The notes under the pieces were generated by a model. The model was given only the letters and a program-made list of their open reading frames with translations, had not been told where the DNA came from and searched no databases. DNA of 64,000 nucleotides, from the IMG/VR virus record IMGVR_UViG_3300031997_000006, positions 9,614-73,613 of that record; one strand, 5' to 3'. Positions 58,504 to 64,000 of this stretch are shown here, piece after piece. Position 1 is the stretch's first letter, and each line of letters opens with the position of its first letter. The stretch is from a virus. The position numbers and the translations under genes were made by a program.

Positions 58504-59796
58504 ATGATAAATGTAATTGGAATTATAGGTGCGAGTTACGGTGATGAAGGAAAGGGTTTGCTCACAGATTATTTTGCTTATCATCATGATGATTCTATAG
58601 TTTGCAGGTTTCAGGGGAGTGCTCAGGCTGGGCACACTGTAGTTACTCCTGATGGTAAAAGACATGTATTTTCTCATTTTGGTAGTGGAACGTTTAGTAA
58701 TAGACCTACTTTATTAAGTGAATTCTTTGTATGTCATCCTTTAATTTTTAAAAGGGAACGTATGGAATTATTACTTAAATTAAATGACACAGAACCTCGT
58801 GTGTTTGTACATAAAAATTGTTTAGTAACCACTCCCATCGATATGATAATTAATCAAATCTTAGAAATACGAAGAGATAGAGATGGATCATGTCATGGAA
58901 GTGTAGGTTTAGGTTTTAATGAAACAATTGAACGAAATTTAATTGGTGATTTTAAACTAACTGTAGAGGATCTAAGACAAGGTAAAGAACATCTTAAAAC
59001 AAAAATACATCATATTAGACATAATTGGTTGAATAATAGACTACTTTCCGCTAATTCATTTGATTTTACAATAGCAGAACAATATTTATTGTTTGAACCT
59101 TGTTCACGTGAACAAGAATTGTTAAATTGTTTACGAAGTGATCGTTTATGGTTTGATTTTCAACTCGCTATTGATTATTTTTTAGATCACATAATAGTTT
59201 TAGATAATTATAATTTTAACGATTATGGTACAATCATTTTCGAAGGTGCTCAAGGACTAATGCTCGATCAAGACTATGGGGTGTTTCCACATGTTACTCG
59301 ATCAAATACCGGTGTTAAAAATATTATTAAAATATTGGATCATATTGATAATATTGAAACAATTAATGTTTATTATATAACAAGAGCTTATGTTACTCGA
59401 CATGGACACGGTCCTATGTTTGGTGAACAAGAACTTCCATATGAAATAATTGACGAAACGAATAAACCTCATGAATTTCAAGGAACTATACGGTATGCAC
59501 CATTATCTTTCAATCGATTATATGATGCAATATTTACTGATTATGATCAATTAGCTAATGCTAGTAAGGAATATTCTGATAAATCGATGTGTCGAGTCGC
59601 TATTACATGTTTAGATCAAATTAAAGATGTTGGATTATGTTACGATTACCTGAATGAGGATATTCCACCACACCTTGTAACAAAACGATCAGGAAATGAA
59701 TTTATTGATATTTTACTTGATCATGCTAATATTGTTAGTTATGGTCCAACTCGTAAAGACGTAGTAATAAATAATCCGTTAATTTATGTCGATTAA
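58504..59796 (+). CDS. purA: Divergent adenylosuccinate synthetase-like protein
   Basis: GDEGKG, QAGHTV, FEGAQG.MLD..YG.FPHVT, TRHG.GP. Confidence 0.8.
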   Translation: MINVIGIIGASYGDEGKGLLTDYFAYHHDDSIVCRFQGSAQAGHTVVTPDGKRHVFSHFGSGTFSNRPTLLSEFFVCHPLIFKRERMELLLKLNDTEPRVFVHKNCLVTTPIDMIINQILEIRRDRDGSCHGSVGLGFNETIERNLIGDFKLTVEDLRQGKEHLKTKIHHIRHNWLNNRLLSANSFDFTIAEQYLLFEPCSREQELLNCLRSDRLWFDFQLAIDYFLDHIIVLDNYNFNDYGTIIFEGAQGLMLDQDYGVFPHVTRSNTGVKNIIKILDHIDNIETINVYYITRAYVTRHGHGPMFGEQELPYEIIDETNKPHEFQGTIRYAPLSFNRLYDAIFTDYDQLANASKEYSDKSMCRVAITCLDQIKDVGLCYDYLNEDIPPHLVTKRSGNEFIDILLDHANIVSYGPTRKDVVINNPLIYVD

Positions 59797-59805
59797 CTTA
59801 ATAAC

Positions 59806-60018
59806 ATGAGCCATAATATATCAGTGTCATTAGAAGATGCTCAACACGCAATTAATAAAGCTGTAAAGATTGCTACTAGGGCTGCGATGTATGGACACCC
59901 AGTAGCGGTAATACGATGGATACCATCATTATCTGCATCTGATGATATAGGTGGTGTATTTGTTGTATATGATGAACTACCATTAACTCCATCTATGACT
60001 CCAAGTTGGGATAGGTAA
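59806..60018 (+). CDS. Hypothetical protein
   Basis: 70-aa ORF in the operon. Confidence 0.45.
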   Translation: MSHNISVSLEDAQHAINKAVKIATRAAMYGHPVAVIRWIPSLSASDDIGGVFVVYDELPLTPSMTPSWDR

Positions 60019-60034
60019 TTTAAAGAAACAAAAT

Positions 60035-60223
60035 ATGCAAAAACTACCAATATACAACCCTCAAAATCCCCCAACATTAATCAGTGCTATTCAAGCTTGT
60101 ATGGGGTTAGCAAATAAAACATTAATTGTCACAGTAAAAGAAATAGCAACACATCTAGTTCATATTAAAGGTAGTGAACAAGAATATGATTTATGGTTAA
60201 TGCAAGTTACGAATTTAAAATAA
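60035..60223 (+). CDS. Hypothetical protein
   Basis: 62-aa ORF in the operon. Confidence 0.45.
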   Translation: MQKLPIYNPQNPPTLISAIQACMGLANKTLIVTVKEIATHLVHIKGSEQEYDLWLMQVTNLK

Positions 60224-60245
60224 TTATTAATTTAAGGACGAATAA

Positions 60246-60992
60246 ATGAAATTTGAAGATATAAAATTCCCAGATGTTAAAAAAGTAGCGGTAAGTCTAT
60301 CTGGTGGACTTGATAGTACAACGTTAACGTATTGTTTAGTTAAAAGATATGGTGCTGAAAACGTGCATGCATTATCATTTTATTATAAACAAAAACAATA
60401 TATTGAATTAGAAAAAGCAAAATTAACAAGTGTTGGGTTAGGTATAATTCATAAAATAATTGATATATCATTTTTAGGAGATATAGCTTCGGGTATATCA
60501 TCTAACATTCAAGGAAGTAATATTCAAACACCTACAATTCAAGATATACTTGGTGATCCTGCACCATCTACTCAAGTACCTAATAGAAATGCAATTTTAA
60601 CATCTATATTAGTAGCATATGCTGAAGCACAAAACTGTAATGCTATTTTTTCAGCAATACAATCACACGATCTTTATTCCTACTTTGATACAACACCTGA
60701 TTTTTGGCAATGTATACGTAATATGGCTATGTTAAATAGAAAGCATTTAATTTTAGTAGAAACCCCGTTTATGGATTTAAGTAAATCTGATGAAATAGAA
60801 ATTGGAACAGAAATAGATGTTAATTATACAAACACATTAACATGTTATAACCCTAACGAAAATGGAATTAGTGATGGTACTTGTCCGAGTTGTGCTGAAA
60901 GAATAATAGCATTTGCAAAAAATGGAATTATTGATCCTGTAAAATATGCAAAAAATATACCTTGGAGTGATTTAATTAAACAGTACTCTTAA
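60246..60992 (+). CDS. queC: 7-cyano-7-deazaguanine synthase
   Basis: SLSGGLDSTT PP-loop, VPNRN, TPF..LSK, TLTCY...GTCPSC.ER. Confidence 0.93.
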   Translation: MKFEDIKFPDVKKVAVSLSGGLDSTTLTYCLVKRYGAENVHALSFYYKQKQYIELEKAKLTSVGLGIIHKIIDISFLGDIASGISSNIQGSNIQTPTIQDILGDPAPSTQVPNRNAILTSILVAYAEAQNCNAIFSAIQSHDLYSYFDTTPDFWQCIRNMAMLNRKHLILVETPFMDLSKSDEIEIGTEIDVNYTNTLTCYNPNENGISDGTCPSCAERIIAFAKNGIIDPVKYAKNIPWSDLIKQYS

Positions 60993-61152
60993 ATGTGTTA
61001 TATTAATTAATATTATTACTCCTAATGGGTTATATTAAAGTCTTTCAGTATATCAAAGACAATAATATTTATATATAATAATTTGGAGGTGTTTGATAAT
61101 TGTAAGCAAAAACCTGGATAAATATAGTATTGACATTAAATGGAGTTAAACA

Positions 61153-61342
61153 TATGAAACAAGATACAGGTATAATTGATATAAACTTATTTGAAGAAAT
61201 TGGTAATATTGTAATGGAACCAATTGCTAGTGTTTGTAATATCGTAGATGCTGCGCTTAATGGTAAACTACCTGAAGATAAAGACATAACCACAATAGTT
61301 GGTGCTATTGCAACATTGTGGTTAATAACGAGAATATTTTAA
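61153..61342 (+). CDS. Small hypothetical protein
   Basis: GATAAATA at 61117; GGAG RBS; hydrophobic C-terminus; start approximate. Confidence 0.4.
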
Positions 61343-61441
61343 CTTGCAAATTATTGTAAAAGTTATTATAATGTATTGATTAAAAATTAATTATGCGAAT
61401 TAAATAATACATTATATTAAACAAAACAATAGGTATTTGAT

Positions 61442-61906
61442 GTGCAATTAAAAGATATTTTTTTAGATATTATCATTGGGACAACTTTGTTTGAAATGGC
61501 TCGTAGTAGAGCTGACGCAAAACAAGTGATAACAGCTCAATCACCACAAATATTTGAACATTTTGTTAAATTGTTTGTGTTTAATTTACCTGATGCGAGA
61601 GATCATTGGATTATAGAATTAAATGCATTTTTTAATATAATTAACCGAATATACCTCAAACCAAATAATAAAAAACCTGATAAAAATACAGTATATACAT
61701 GGATGTTATTTGATTCGAGTCCACATTATGATATAAATTGGGTTAACGGTTACGTTCAAAATGCATTACAAGGTGAATATAAAGGTGTACAACTATATGA
61801 TTATGATGCAGCAAATGTACTTAATAAAATTTTAAGTATTATAGATCGAATATTAATAGATATTGCACAACCTAATAAATTTATATCGGTTGAATATTAT
61901 CTTTAA
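61442..61906 (+). CDS. Hypothetical protein (DUF29-like helical)
   Basis: LFEMA...IFEHFVKL...HWIIEL. Confidence 0.5.
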   Translation: MQLKDIFLDIIIGTTLFEMARSRADAKQVITAQSPQIFEHFVKLFVFNLPDARDHWIIELNAFFNIINRIYLKPNNKKPDKNTVYTWMLFDSSPHYDINWVNGYVQNALQGEYKGVQLYDYDAANVLNKILSIIDRILIDIAQPNKFISVEYYL

Positions 61907-61965
61907 TTTGAAATTATATTAAACTTATAACCAGTTTCTTTTCTTTTTTTAATTAATTAAAAACA

Positions 61966-63034
61966 ATGACATACTATATTAAACAAAATAATACATATCG
62001 TGTTGGAAGTAATGATGCAATTGATATCAGTACTACATTGCCGCCGAATAACTATATTGTTCAACAAGATGCACATGAAAATTTTTTTTTAGAACATATT
62101 TCGGATTTTATATTACCTAAAAAAATCTATGGTAGTGTTAATAGACATACAAATCGAATTATAACGACATATAATGAAAGCAACAGCGTCTACTGGTGTT
62201 TTATTGATTGGGGAAAAAGGAGCTGGAAATACTATGTTGTCGAAGAACATATCTAGTAATCTTGCTAATAATGGAATACCTACTATTGTTATTAATGAAC
62301 CGTGGCGTGGTGATAATTTTAATAAACTCATTCAATCTATTGAACAACCTTGTGTTATTTTATTTGATGAATTTGAAAAAGTATATAAAAAGGATGAACA
62401 AAAATCCATTTTAACATTATTAGATGGAGTATATCCTACTAAAAAATTATTTATTTTTACATCTAATGATGTTTATAATATAGATGATCATTTATTTAAT
62501 AGACCTGGTCGTATATATTATAATATTCAATTTACTGGAATTGAAGACGAATTTATACGTGAATATTGTATGGATAATTTAATCGATACATCTTATATTG
62601 ACCAAATTTGTAAAATATCTGTTTTGTTTGCAGCATTTAATTTTGATTTGTTACAAGCATTAGTTGAGGAAATGAATCGGTATAATGAGTCTCCACAAGA
62701 TGCTCTAAAAATATTAAATGCAATCCCTGAAGATAATGAAAAAAATAAATTTAATGTTACGATAACTGTTAATGGAATTGAATATGCAGAAAATGTAATA
62801 GAAGATAGGGGTACATGGTATGGTAATCCGTTATCTCCAAAAGGGCTTTCAATTGGTTATAGAAAACCGAATGAAAATGATACCGATTGGGATTGGGAAT
62901 ACGTTACAATGAATTCTACAGATCTTAAAAATATTGATATTAATACTGGAGTATTTGTATTTGTAAATAAATTAGGTACTGTTATAACTTTAACTCGTGA
63001 ACGTTTTAAAATATTTAGCTTTAATGGTTTTTAA
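61966..63034 (+). pseudogene. AAA ATPase interrupted by a +1 frameshift near 62185, with Walker A K->N
   Basis: LPKKIYG..RII.TY in frame 1 continues as STGVLLIGEKGAGNT, FDEFEK, NRPGR in frame 2. Confidence 0.7.
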
Positions 63035-63038
63035 AATT

Positions 63039-63671
63039 ATGTGTAGTATTATTGGTAGTTTTTCTAGTGAAACATTTAAAGAGCTATTAGAGTTGAATAA
63101 AAGTCGTGGATCATTTAGTTATTCATTAACAGTACTCAACCCATTTACTAATAATGCTGTAACAACTAAAGGATTTGGTGATTTTGATTTGTCTTTATTA
63201 GATGATATAACACCAAATTCATATTTATTAGGACATTGTCAAGCACCCACAAACGGTTTACATAAACTAGTTGAAAGGATTCACCCATATGTAAATGCTG
63301 ATGGTATAAAACTATTGCATAATGGTATCATTAAATCAAAAAATATGAAAATATTAAATGAGAAAATGGGTACTAATTATGAGTGGGACACACAAGCACT
63401 TGCTGAATATATAATACCTGATTTAATTCCCAGATTATCTGATATTGAAGGCTCATTTGCATGCGTGTTAGTGGAACCACATACGTTTGTTAAAGTTTTT
63501 AGAAATGCAATAGCACCTTTATTTACTGATGGTAAAGGAAACCTAAGCTCAACTAAATTTGAACCATCTGTTTCAATAAAAGAAAACACATTTTATGTGT
63601 TAAGTTTTGCAACAAAAAGCTTTATGCCTGTAGGTGAGTTCATTAATACTCATAATCCATACTATTTCTAA
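63039..63671 (+). CDS. Class II (Ntn) glutamine amidotransferase, Gat-like
   Basis: MCSIIG N-terminal Cys, RG, LGHCQAPT, HP, HNGII, WDT, GSFA. Confidence 0.8.
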   Translation: MCSIIGSFSSETFKELLELNKSRGSFSYSLTVLNPFTNNAVTTKGFGDFDLSLLDDITPNSYLLGHCQAPTNGLHKLVERIHPYVNADGIKLLHNGIIKSKNMKILNEKMGTNYEWDTQALAEYIIPDLIPRLSDIEGSFACVLVEPHTFVKVFRNAIAPLFTDGKGNLSSTKFEPSVSIKENTFYVLSFATKSFMPVGEFINTHNPYYF

Positions 63672-63680
63672 GGCTATAAT

Positions 63681-63893
63681 ATGACCGATGTTATTCAAGA
63701 AACAACTATTAATGATCATACAATAATAGAACACGCAGGTAGGTCTAACAATTTAGTATACGTTGATGATCATTTAGTTGTTACAAATTGGGATGACACC
63801 ATATCGATATTAGAAGCTGGAGGAATTCCAGTGAATGAAGACCCTATTCAATCCATGAATCGGGTATTGGGAGCAAATGGTATTCGGTATTAG
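63681..63893 (+). CDS. Hypothetical protein
   Basis: 70-aa ORF with AAGG RBS. Confidence 0.45.
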   Translation: MTDVIQETTINDHTIIEHAGRSNNLVYVDDHLVVTNWDDTISILEAGGIPVNEDPIQSMNRVLGANGIRY

Positions 63894-64000
63894 TGAGTAA
63901 ATTATGGAGTAAAACATTTTATTGTATAAATATATTTTTTGTAAAATCATATAAGGAAATAATATGACAGTTTTTATACCAAACACAGATGTGTTAGATG

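Noticed and set aside
58504-59796. PurZ / 2-aminoadenine (Z) genome
   Set aside because: The catalytic Asp of GDEGKG is retained (PurZ has Ser there), and no datZ or mazZ is visible
1223-63589. Short antisense or nested ORFs in the track (e.g. 1223, 4494, 14541, 38268, 57081, 63377)
   Set aside because: They are shadows of longer, motif-supported genes and lack an RBS or recognisable motifs
1-64000. Stop-codon reassignment, CRISPR array, tRNA genes
   Set aside because: TAA, TAG and TGA all end well-formed genes, coding density is high in the standard code, and no repeat-spacer array or cloverleaf was seen by eye

Overview
AT-rich segment of a large T4-related (jumbo myovirus-like) phage genome, standard genetic code, no tRNA or CRISPR seen. 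It carries tail-fibre/adhesin genes (YVTN propeller, LamG modules, S74 chaperones) and a T4-like replication/recombination block (gp32, uvsX, uvsY, uvsW, clamp loader, GroES). It also has two separated mini-DnaE fragments, a dispersed 7-deazaguanine pathway (folE, queE, queD-like, queC, class-II Gat), RNA ligase 1 and a J-domain pseudokinase/vWA/divergent PurA operon. Many late genes begin with capsid-targeting-like N-termini. Selfish elements are dense: two cis inteins, one naturally split intein bridging an HNH gene, a nucleotidyltransferase fractured by an endonuclease with no intein or intron, a DUF723-type endonuclease and a solo, possibly nuclease-dead TnpB. The most striking non-coding signals are a preQ1-I-like aptamer at the 5' end of the queD-like transcript, fed by a palindromic bidirectional promoter; a pseudoknot leader before folE; a ~280-nt structured leader before rlpA; and pseudoknots in the gp32 leader. 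All calls come from manual motif reading, with no database searches.
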